The notes under the pieces were generated by a model. It searched no databases, was not told the DNA's origin, and saw only the letters and a program-made list of their open reading frames with translations. From Vitrella brassicaformis CCMP3155 (lineage: Eukaryota > Protista > Chromerida), in assembly GCA_001179505.1 (NCBI GenBank), contig CDMY01000499.1, positions 248,001 to 312,000 of the forward strand: a stretch of DNA of 64,000 nucleotides, given 5' to 3'. The translations under genes were made by a program, and so were the position numbers. Shown in pieces: positions 1-10,509 of the stretch; positions within the stretch are counted from its first letter, which is position 1; each line of letters begins with the position of its first letter.

Positions 1-494
1 CCCAAGAAGGTGGGGCGGGTGGACATCGGAAGGATATCGTCTGAGGAGAAGGTGGGCGTGTTGACGGCGCTGGGGAGGGAGAGAGAGGTGAATTTGGTGG
101 TGGGGCTGGCGCAAGTAGATGTCGATCAGCTGGTGGAGGCGGCAGACGGGTTGCCGATGATCAAGACACTAGCTTTTACCATGACACGTACGCCAACAGA
201 AAGGCCATTTGTGTCCTCCCGTCCTCAGTGGTGCCTTCTGTGTGTTAACCTCCAGTGCCCGATGATGGGCAGTCTGCGGCCAGCGCCGTCCACAACCGCC
301 TCTTATCGCTGATCCCGCGCATCAGGGGCCTGCAGTATGTGACGCTCACGGTCCCCAGCACGACAGCTGAGCAACATGATTCCATCAACTCCTCCCTCCC
401 TGTGGGAACCAACATCGAGGGCTTGAGCATCACCGGCGTCGGCCATGACAGGGGGGACACGTGTGTGGAAATGGCTGCACCTTCCGATGCCTGA
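1..494 (+). CDS. 3' end of a hypothetical protein, 5'-truncated by the window edge
   Basis: Open frame from the window start; a GT-AG intron 188-255 joins ...MT-L-PDDGQSAASAVHNRLL... in frame to TGA at 492-494. No recognisable catalytic motif. Confidence 0.6.
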
Positions 495-1375
495 AGGTGA
501 GAGAATGGCACTCATTCATAAGAAGGGCTGATTCTGTGACCGTGTTAATGTCTGCCCTCTATGTTTTGGTGTTGGTGGTGTTTGTCAGGCTGGCCAGTTG
601 TGTGTGTGTTGACAAGTGACTGACTGACTAACTGACTGACTGGGTGGGTGGCTGGACAGATTTGGCGGACGGGGAGCTTCAATGCAAGCCAAATGCGCTT
701 GGTACTCACCTCTTTCTTTCGGATCTTCGTTTGCCGGTGGCCGACCATTTGTGTGATGCGTGTGTTGCTTTGGCAGACATTTATGTCGTTATGCCGTCTT
801 CGCTGTGTTATTGCCATACCTTATCCCTCGCCCCCCTCCCCCCTGTCGACCGACCCGACCCACAGCGGCGGCAATCCGCCCGCCCGTCGAGACAGTGACG
901 TGTCGGTCGGTTTAGGTGGTCGGGGGAGGGCGGGGGAGAGGGGCAGGACAGGACCATCGAGGCGGCCGGCCTGCATCGGTCATCGTTTGATTTTTTGGTC
1001 AAATGCTGGTTTGGTGCTGCTGAAGTGGCCAGACACAGATTGAGCATCAGCGGCAGAGTCTCCACACACACACACACACGCACAAGACATAAGAACGGCC
1101 AGAAACAGGTAACCCTTGACTCACTGCATGCGCAGTCCCCTGCATCGCTGTGTCAAGGGTCACACCATCCATCCCCTCCCTCCCTCCCTCCCTACATTAA
1201 CCCCACCCACTATCACACCACCCTAGGCAGCAGCTTGTTCTCGATCCCAATCCACACCTCTGCACACACACAGAGACAGACAGACAGACAGACAGCACTG
1301 GAGTGTGAGGTCTGGTGGGAAGGGGCTCGTTGAGAAGCATGTCGCAGAACAAGGCCTCAGCCACATATATCACGG

Positions 1376-2009
1376 TCACCCCCTCAATACATCCCGAAGC
1401 CCCCAGGGTATGTCCTCTTCTTCAATGACTCCCTTTTCCCACAGCGTCTTGACCAAGTGCTCCACCTTCTCCGCTGTGTCAGGCAGCTCCTCCAGTTCTC
1501 CCATCAGCCACTCGAGAGAGTGACAAAACCTCTTTCGGAGCAGTGGATTCCGCGCCTGCGTGTCCACGATGCGGTCCTTTATCTCAGATAGCTCCGCCGC
1601 TCCTTCCTTCATCTCACGTAGCTCCTTGACCTCCTCCCTCTTCGCGGTTCATCATCTTTGATCCCTTCCCTTCGCTCAAGTGAAGAAGGCAGATCGTCCT
1701 CATCAAGCACTCCCTTCTTCACCAAAGCGGCGGAAAGTCCGCAGCAGCAGTGGCGGTCTGCACGTTTGCCGCCGTTTCCTCCAGCCGCTCCTTCAGCTTC
1801 TTGACTTGCTTCGTGAGCCGTTGCACTTGCTCCCTCAGCTGAGTGTCATCACTGGCCCCACTGCGGCGGGCCGTGGCGCAGATTGGCCTCATTCGGGTGA
1901 GCAGCAGACGATTGTCGGGGACGAAGGCATTGGCGAAGGAGATGCCATTGGCTGCAAGAAGCGCCAGAAGTGAGACGACGAGATGGGCCGTCTTCCTCCG
2001 CTGATCCAT
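1376..2009 (-). CDS. Small hypothetical protein with signal peptide and putative plastid-type bipartite leader, coiled-coil
   Basis: ATG 2009 gives MDQRRKTAHLVVSLLALLAANGISFANAFVP (hydrophobic stretch then A-F), an R/S/T-rich segment and a coiled coil (LREQVQRLTKQVKKLKERLEE). A second coding block EEVKELREMKEG...RDVLRG* ends at 1376; joining them needs an atypical purine-rich intron (~1638-1721) or frameshifts. Confidence 0.5.
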
Positions 2010-2368
2010 GATTCCCGACAGATGACTTCGCCCGATCTCGATAGTTGACGAGTCGTAGCGCCAAGGGACGCTGCGAAAGCGCCAGGAATCGGGGGATCCC
2101 TTCGCAGCTCGCCCACCTGCGAGCTTCCAAGCTCGCAAATCTCGAATCCCGTTGATTTTGCCTCCTGTCGTCCCTTGGACGGCGCTCAGCCGACATCTGT
2201 CCTTTCTGTGGGCACAAATCGTGAGGAGAGTGGTGTTGGTTTCGGAAGGAGGCCTGCCGGTGTCCTCTTGCGGCGATGTCTGGCTCGACATCGTCGTTGA
2301 CGCCCGAGTGTGGCGCTCGTAGCGAGCGGGGCGGGTGTCTTGACGGCGGTGGTGGTGGGGCCACTCCG

Positions 2369-5300
2369 ATGCACTGCCTGGACGCGCTGTTCAACGAGCT
2401 GACGTGTATCCTCTACAACCGGAACGACCCCCAGAGGCTCAACAAGTGCCAGAGGGTACTCGAGAGCTACAGGGGCACAGGTCAGTCAGCTCGACACACA
2501 CAACACACACAGCACAACGACAGACAGACACGGTTGTCTTTGGTGTCTTGTGCCGTGTGTGCAGACTGGATACTGCACAGCACCATCCCGGAGATCAAGG
2601 GCTTCCAAATCTATGGCTACAGCCGGTAAGAACGACACAAAGACAGACAACCGCAACACAACACCGCCCTCACAGCGCCACGTGTCTACTCTGCTTACTC
2701 GCCTCGCTCTCTGTCTTGCGTGTGTGTGTTGTGTTGTCCAACAGTGCGCAAGTGCGTTCGCAGCCCGATTTGTTTTCTCTGTTGATCCTGACGTGGTCGC
2801 CCAAGTCGCGGAGTGCCATCCACAACCACCCGTGCGAGCGGTGCTTCCTCATGCCACTCCAGGGCGACCTCAGCGAAGTCAGATACTCAGTGGTCGAAGA
2901 AGGACCTGACCAGAGGTCGGTGGGCAACACGGCTCCCTCCCTCCCTCCCTCCCTGCGCACACACACACAGGGATGGGCGTGTCGTGTGCATATGGTCTCG
3001 TCTGGTGTGAGTCAGGGTGCGTGAGATTGGTCGTGACCGCATTCCGCAGAACAAGGCTTGCTGGATCGACGACTCGCACGGATGGTACGTCGTCATGGAG
3101 TGAGATGCAGACAGACAGACAGACAGACGGAATCGTGTGTATGTGTGTTGACACGCAGGCACGCTATAGTCAACGACAGCCATGGCCTGTCGGTGTCGCT
3201 GCACCTCTACATCCCCTCGTTCACCAAGTGAGTGACAACCACACGCACACACACACACACACACACAGCTTGGTCATGTGTTGGTTGGCCTGTGTGTGTT
3301 CAGGTGCAAGATTGTTGACCCGTCGTCGCACAGCATCCGCTGGGTGAACTGCTTCCCCACACAGACGTCGAGGTTCCAACCACTGCACGAACGGTCAGCA
3401 AAGAGAGAGAGAGAGAGAGAGAGCCACCAGCCAGCCAGCCAGCCAGACAGGTGGCAATCTGCTGATGTTGGCCGTGTTTGTGTGTGCACGTCTGGTCTGC
3501 AGTGTGTTTGACACGGCGCGCAACTACCTGAAGAGCCTCGACTGCCCCGCCAGCCGCCCCGTCATCAAACTCAGGACCAAGTGCGACATCGAAGAGATAT
3601 TCAATGAGAAGTAAGCAAAGAACTTAACTTACGTCACCTCACCGATTGATTGATTGATGCACCAAAGATCGGATGGATGGATGGATGGACGTGTGTGTGT
3701 TTGTGTGAAGGTGTTCGTTGGAGTTTTCTGACAATGCGGCCCCGATGGACGACGACTCCATTCTCGCTGCCGTCCAGAACACCTGCGACTTCTCCACAAA
3801 TACCGGTGGGTGTGTCAGGCAGCTGAGCTCAGCTGCCATCCCATGCAGACACAGCAGACAGAAACCAAACCCACACAGGGCAGATGGATGGTCCATATAT
3901 CGCTGGCTGGTTGCTTGCGTGTATCATGATTATCGATCAGGTCACTTGTACTTCTTCAACCAGCTGTTTGCCCGTGCTGACCCGCTGGCCGTGGCGGCCG
4001 ACTGCCTCTCCAACTGCCTCAACGCAAACCTCCTCACCTTCGAGGTAATATGTACCAACCACGGCACGGCAGGCACCCTCTCATCGTGATGTCCCTCCCC
4101 TTGTCAGATGGCCCCCGTGTTTCTGCTGATGGAGAAGCGGCTGCTGCAGCACATGGCGTCATTCCTCGGCTGGTACACCCATTTCGACCCCAACTCGCAA
4201 GACAACGACACGCCGCAGGAGTTCTCACTCTGCGGCGACCGACGGGCGCCCTCACCGGCAGAGCAGCCCACGGCGGCGTCGACCACCGACGAGTCGGCGC
4301 CCAACCTGCTCCCGCCCCCTGCAGACACCTCCAGCAAGCTCAGCGAGGCCTCCACCGACGCATCGCAGTCGCCACGGCTCGATGCCCAGAACCACCCTCC
4401 GTCGACTCGGTGCAGTGCCGGCACAGGGGAGAGGGAGCGGTGTGGGCATGTGGGCGATGTGAGCCGTGAGGTGGTGCCGAGTGTGCTGGTGGATCGGCTG
4501 CGTCGGTCGGATCGGAAGCTGTCGGCGCCCTTTGAGACGTTTGACGGGCTGCTGAATCCAGGGGGGGCGATATCGAACGTCATGGCCCTCAACGTCGCCA
4601 GGCACCACATCGTGCCCGAGGTCAAAGTGAAGGGGGTGTACGGCACGCCCCCACTCGTCATATTCACCTCCGAGCAGGTACGCGAGCGCACACACATTCC
4701 CACCCACTCAGGCGCTCTCACCTCATCGACGTGTGTGTGCGTGTGTGTGTGGATCAGGGCCACGAGTCGATCGAGAAGGCCACAGCGCTGCTGGGTCTCG
4801 GCGTGGAGAACGTGGTGCACGTGCCGGTGTTGCCGTCGACCAACGCCATGGACCCCCAGGCCCTCGCCCACGCCGTGCAGCAGGCGGCCGACGCCGGCAA
4901 GCGCCCCTTCTTCGTCAACTGCACGGCCGCCACGACGGTTGCGGGCGCGTTTGACCCGTTCGAGGCCATTCGAGACGTGTGTGACGAGTGGGGCATGTGG
5001 ATGCACGTCGACGGGGCCGTGGGGGCGTCCTTCCTGCTGCCCCAGGAGGAATACTATAAGAAGCTCTGCAGGTGAGGGACTGGAAGGGAGGTGTATGTGG
5101 AGAGAGGAGAGGTGGCAGGCAAGGCACGTATCTATCGCATTTCGTTGTTGGTGCCGTTGCATCAGGGGCATGGATCGCGCCGACTCTGTGAGCTGGAATC
5201 TGCACAAGCTCCTCGGGGTGCCACTGCAGTGCTCCGCACTGCTCACCAGACACCCTGGTACCGTTCGCACCCCCCACCACGCACACACACAGAGACTCTC

Positions 5301-5723
5301 ACCGACACACGCACACCGTGCTTTGTGTGTCGTCCGTTACGTCTTTCAGGTTTGCTGTCGCGCACGCACAGCACGGTGGCGTGTCCGAATCTGTTCAGCC
5401 ACATCGACACGCCCCTGTGCGACCTCGACTCGTGCTGCTCCACCTTCCAGTACGGCAGGCGGGCCGACGCATTTAAAGCCTGGTGCCTCTGGAAAAAGGT
5501 AATGAGTACCTTCACACGCACACACGCACACACACGCGAGGCACACCTCACCCGCTACTGTGGTGTGTGAATGATCTGGCTTGGCTGGTGTGGGTGTCTG
5601 GCTGTTTGTTGTGTGGTCAGTTGGGTGACCAGGGAATGGCTAATCGCATTCGGCTGGTCTACACCCACACGATGGAGCTGGCCGAGCTCATCCGGACGTT
5701 CCCCAAGAAGTTCTCTTGCCCTG

Positions 5724-5757
<34 letters not shown>

Positions 5758-6597
5758 GCAATCGTCGAACAAGGAGTGTGTGTGGTGTGTGGTGTGTGCC
5801 ACCGGGCAGGTCGTGGTGTGAATCTGCCGACCGAGGTGGAAGTTGAGGAGTCGGTGCCCACCGGCATGCCCAGTGACATCAACCAGGATGCATTCCACCT
5901 GGTATGGGAGCCGGTGAGCTGCAACTGCTGCTTCTGGTGGGTGCCTTACGACCTGCGTAAGCCGTTCGCCCAGCACGGCTGGCAGCACCCCCTCCTGCAC
6001 GAGCACCTCATACACGTCGCACCCGCCATGAAGAGGCAAATGCTCACAGAGGGATCCATCATGGTACTCACACACACACATGGGCAGGCAGGCAGGCAGG
6101 AACATACCCAGTCGGTGTGTGTGTGTGTGTCGGTGTGAGCACAGGTCGACTACCACACGTTGGCCGGGCGTCCCTTCTTCTGGCGTCTGCCTTTGGTCAA
6201 CCCCGACATCTGCCGTGACGACATCTTCAACGTCCTCAGGATCATCAACCGGATCGGTTAGCACACAAACAAAAGCCACACACACCACACCACACCACAC
6301 CACACACGTCGCCAGGTGCATCAAACCCAACACTCTCTCGGTCTCTCTCTCTCCCTCCCCGTGACCATCTCAGGCACCTCTTGTTTTCCGCCCGGCTCTT
6401 ACGCCGTGTCTGTGAGTGAGGCCGATCTGTCCATCGAGGGCGGCCCCATGTGGCAGACCACCATCAACGACGGCGACAGCTCCTCCTGCTCGAGGTCCTC
6501 TGCACGCCGTGTGGCGAGCTTCCCCGGCCCCGAGATGGCGCACGCGGAGGAGATCCGGGAGAGCACTGCAGCCCTCCCCTCCATATGCACATTCTGA
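2369..6597 (+). CDS. CDO/CSAD: Cysteine dioxygenase - PLP-dependent group II decarboxylase (CSAD/GAD-like) fusion protein, ~898 aa
   Basis: Exons 2369-2480, 2565-2625, 2745-2915, 3016-3084, 3159-3227, 3304-3393, 3503-3610, 3711-3805, 3941-4044, 4108-4677, 4758-5071, 5166-5257, 5350-5498, 5621-5723, 5810-6063, 6145-6256, 6374-6597; all GT-AG, phases compatible, total 2697 nt. CDO motifs: YSR, LLILTW, IHNHPCERCF, GWH, SLHLY. Decarboxylase motifs: GHLYFFNQLF, TFEMAPVF, NPGGAISN, TAATTVAGAFDP, MHVDGAVG, SVSWNLHK (PLP Lys codon 5206-5208), QYGRRADAFK. If the last intron is not spliced the protein ends at TAG 6259-6261 (825 aa). Confidence 0.9.
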
Positions 6598-6654
6598 CTG
6601 ACCGATGGCCGGGTGCGGCTGGTGGCGTGAATGAATGTTTATATTTTTTCGCCA

Positions 6655-6954
6655 NNNNNNNNNNNNNNNNNNNNNNNNNNNNNNNNNNNNNNNNNNNNNN
6701 NNNNNNNNNNNNNNNNNNNNNNNNNNNNNNNNNNNNNNNNNNNNNNNNNNNNNNNNNNNNNNNNNNNNNNNNNNNNNNNNNNNNNNNNNNNNNNNNNNNN
6801 NNNNNNNNNNNNNNNNNNNNNNNNNNNNNNNNNNNNNNNNNNNNNNNNNNNNNNNNNNNNNNNNNNNNNNNNNNNNNNNNNNNNNNNNNNNNNNNNNNNN
6901 NNNNNNNNNNNNNNNNNNNNNNNNNNNNNNNNNNNNNNNNNNNNNNNNNNNNNN
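6655..6954. other. Assembly gap (300 N)
   Basis: Run of N, followed by a G run. Confidence 1.
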
Positions 6955-8727
6955 GGGGGTTGGCGATTGGTGACTGGTGTTTGCTTGAGTCGGCAATTGA
7001 TCGTGAGTATCCATGCCATGGTGTTGTGTTTCTTGCTTGCTCCTTCATGACTCATGATTCAATGTATTGGTAGATTGGTAGGTGGTGCTTGGGTGGGGTG
7101 TGTGGGGGAGAGCTGGTGGGGTCACGTCACGTGGCAGCTGCGATAGACGGACGATTGGTTGGTGCATGGCTTGCACAGAGAGACCAGTCCAGCTTCTGGA
7201 GGGAGGGAGGGAGGGAGGGAGGGAGCAGGCCTGTGTGTATTATCTATGTAAGGGGCATCTCGCTCGCCTCGTGCGTTGGCTGCCCTGCTGCCCGCCTGCC
7301 GCCTGCCTACATCTCCCCTCTGTGTCTGTGTGGTGGCCAGGTGTATGTTTGTTTGTGCGGTGCATCATGCGGTATGATGGTGCGGTTCTCTGCTCAGAGA
7401 GAGGGGCGCAGACGAGCGAACAACTGCGGTGTGTTGAGTTTGTTCTGTCTGTCTGTGGGGTGGGGTCGGGTCGCTTGGCTTATTGCTACGTGCGTGTCGG
7501 CTTTATCCACCCATTTCATCCGCGGAGGGCTCTTGCAGCCGGTCTTTATCTCCTTTTGCCTGACTGACTGACTCACCGACCCACCACACCGGTTGCCTAC
7601 GTAATTCACCATGTCCACCCGCCGCCTGAGGCATACACGCCCTACCTACCGACACACGATGCATCACACACCTACACACACACACACACACACACACGCC
7701 CCCTTCTCTCTCTTTGTGAGCTGTTGGTTTACGCCAGTAAGGGTGACCTTGTTTGGCTTGGCTTGGCTTGTTTTATCACGGGAAATGCCGCCTGGCCTGG
7801 TGCGCATATCGACCGACCAGCACGGCTATCTCAGCAAAGGGCAAGGACGTATGAGATCCGGGACTTTTCAGGTTCCATACTGCGTTGCTCGATGTTGTGG
7901 TGAGCCATGCACGTCAGTCAAAGCGTCAACGGCCGGGCGCAGTGTTGCCTGCCTCTTCTCACACACACATCTATCTATGGCGCCTTCATGCGGGCGGTTT
8001 CCTTGCTTGCCTCCCTGCGTCTGCATGGCCTGCAGACGCCTACCTACATGCTCTCAAATGGATGGATGGATGGATGAAGGGGGCTCGCCTGCGACGACGC
8101 AGATTTTGTTGTATCGAGACCTCATAGATGCCTTCTTGCCTTGCTTTGCCTCATTCCTGATGCGCCCGTCATGCCGAGTGTCGGTTCCAGATGCGCCGTG
8201 GCTTCTGCTGGGTGAATGCTTGATGGGCCGCTGTATCGCGGGCAGTCCACACGTCAGTGCCTTCCTTATGGTCTATGCAGTTGTGAGCGGGGGAGCCAGT
8301 GAGCCGTCTGGGCTCTATCTAAGTCAGAGGGGAGAGAGACAGTTTTTTCGTCGGGACTGACGTGGGCGTGACTGTATGCGTGTGTGACTGAGAGCCGGTG
8401 AGATGGTCACATATCCAGATCTGTGTTCGTCCCGTCCCGAGCATTCCACCACGAGACATCTATTACTCGTCGGCACGGAGCGGTCCGCACTGGCCGGCCC
8501 AAACTTCAACACACATTCGACAGACAGACAGACCGAGAGACAAGTCAGAGCACATCGTGTGATAGAGAGACACTTGACGCGCAAAATGGCGTGCGTCGCA
8601 TGCGAAACACAATTCGCTCCACCACAAAGACACAGACACACACAAGTCCGACAAGCCTCATCATCCACCAACCCACCCCCCCTCACCCGCCATGTGCCCA
8701 CACAGGTCGACGGCACCACTCACCCAC

Positions 8728-10051
8728 TCACTGCCGGAGCATTGCCTCTTCCTCCGTGGTGTCTCCGCCCTTGGGCGTCATCATGCCGTCGTCGAGCTTG
8801 ATACGCCAGATGTGGTTGGGCGTCGTGGCGAACAGGTAGCCGCGCCCCTCCCCCTCCATCCCAAGGCCCACATTGACGGCGTGCGATGACCCCCCGAGCC
8901 GCATCAGACCCACCACCTCTCGAGCAGCGGGGTCGATGACGTACAGCCCGCCAGGCCCTCCCGCGAAGATCATGCCAGAGGGGGCCGCCACCATGCCGTC
9001 GATAACGTGACCAAACACGCCGGGGTCCTTCTCCGTGTCGTAGTTGACCGCAACGTACTTGGCGTAGTCGGCGTCGGAGATGACGAGGTCCGCGTCGGTC
9101 ACGTCGTCCAGCGACTGAGGGGCGCTGACAGTGCCGTTGTCTGCAATGGGGAATTGGTACAGCCGCGTGCCGGGGCCGTCGCCCTCTGCGCGCGAGTCGA
9201 TGACGTACAGAGTGCGGCCGTCGTGGGAGATGGCGATGCCATTCGGCCGCTTGAGGGCCGGCGTGAGGAGCTCCAGATGGTTTTCCTCCCCCTCCTCGGT
9301 CACACACAGCCGGTACACGCCGTGGTAGCCCAGCTCGGAGAACTTGTCCAGCGTCGGCTCGCTCTCCAGCCCGTTGAGCCAGCCGTATGGCGGGTCGGTG
9401 AAGAATATCTCATACAAGACAGTCGAGTTGAGCTTCCGCGCGCCCTCCCCCTGACCGCTGAAGACGGCCGCGTCGTTGGGCGAGTTGAGTCGCGTGCCGT
9501 TGTACTCGGTCGCCTCCTCGACCAGGTCGTCGCCGTACTTGTTGTCTGCAGTGAAGGACGTGTTGAGGTGGGCCTTTACGAGCCGGCGGCCCTTCTGCAG
9601 ACAGATGTGGACAATGTTGGGGTCCAGGGGGTCGACGGCCATGCCGTTGGCGCCCTCGGCCGCGTTGGAGATGAGGGCCACGGTGGTGTTGGTGGAAGGC
9701 GTGTACTGCAAAATAGAGTTCAGCCCTGACACACAGGACAGAACAGACATCGCCCTCCACACACACACACACACACACGCAGCCAGGCAGCTTCGTCGTA
9801 AGCACGTGATACACACCAGGGTCAACGAAGAGCAGCGACTTGGACGGCTCGTGCCACACGGGCCCCTCAGGGTAGCCGAGGCCGCTCACGACCAGCTCTG
9901 CCTCCTCCTGAGCGAATATCTTGCCCACTGATGCGTTGGTCAGCAGCTCAAAGCCGCTGCGGCTGGCGTCGAGGCCTTTCCAGTTCGGCTCGAACTGTGC
10001 TGCGGCCAGGGACGCGCACAGTACGGCGAGGGCAACGAGGCGGAAGGTCAT
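8728..10051 (-). CDS. Secreted SMP-30/gluconolactonase/LRE-family beta-propeller protein
   Basis: Exons 10051-9817 and 9725-8728. Signal peptide MTFRLVALAVLCASLAAAQ; family motifs YPEGPVW, GANGM, NSPND, FFTDPPYG, RPNGIAISHDGRTLYV, IDGM with the metal-binding E/N/N/D residues present. Confidence 0.85.
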
Positions 10052-10132
10052 GCCGATCCACCAGAGTTGATATCTAGAGGACAGTCTGGCTTTTTTGTGT
10101 TTGCTTCCTTTTTTGGGGGGGGGGGGGGGGGG

Positions 10133-10432
10133 NNNNNNNNNNNNNNNNNNNNNNNNNNNNNNNNNNNNNNNNNNNNNNNNNNNNNNNNNNNNNNNNNNNN
10201 NNNNNNNNNNNNNNNNNNNNNNNNNNNNNNNNNNNNNNNNNNNNNNNNNNNNNNNNNNNNNNNNNNNNNNNNNNNNNNNNNNNNNNNNNNNNNNNNNNNN
10301 NNNNNNNNNNNNNNNNNNNNNNNNNNNNNNNNNNNNNNNNNNNNNNNNNNNNNNNNNNNNNNNNNNNNNNNNNNNNNNNNNNNNNNNNNNNNNNNNNNNN
10401 NNNNNNNNNNNNNNNNNNNNNNNNNNNNNNNN
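10133..10432. other. Assembly gap (300 N)
   Basis: Run of N preceded by an 18-G homopolymer. Confidence 1.
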
Positions 10433-10509
10433 GAATTCTAGTACAATTATTTCAGCGCCGTTTTAAAAGGACGACGCCATTTGTTGAAAGCGGAGGCCAA
10501 CGCGGAGCC

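Noticed and set aside
4104-5288. 394-aa minus-strand ORF and similar long antisense ORFs (9007-9729, 29240-30403, 40464-41333, 42207-43115, 48101-49117, 18809-20173)
   Set aside because: Shadows of GC-rich coding exons on the opposite strand; no motifs, and they read through intron microsatellites.
2369-6597. CDO and decarboxylase as two adjacent genes, or a recent bacterial operon transfer
   Set aside because: No stop or new start between them, all junctions phase, and 16 host-style spliceosomal introns are present.
6370-7073. ORFs spanning N runs (also 10067-10466, 31387-32130)
   Set aside because: Artefacts of translating through gaps.
6955-8700. Intergenic ORFs 7082-8360 and other microsatellite-rich ORFs (14863-15423, 21782-22600, 56185-57084, 60651-61455)
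   Set aside because: Composition is driven by AC/GT/GTCT repeats; no splice-consistent exon chain or motif. No tRNA or rRNA signature was recognised either.
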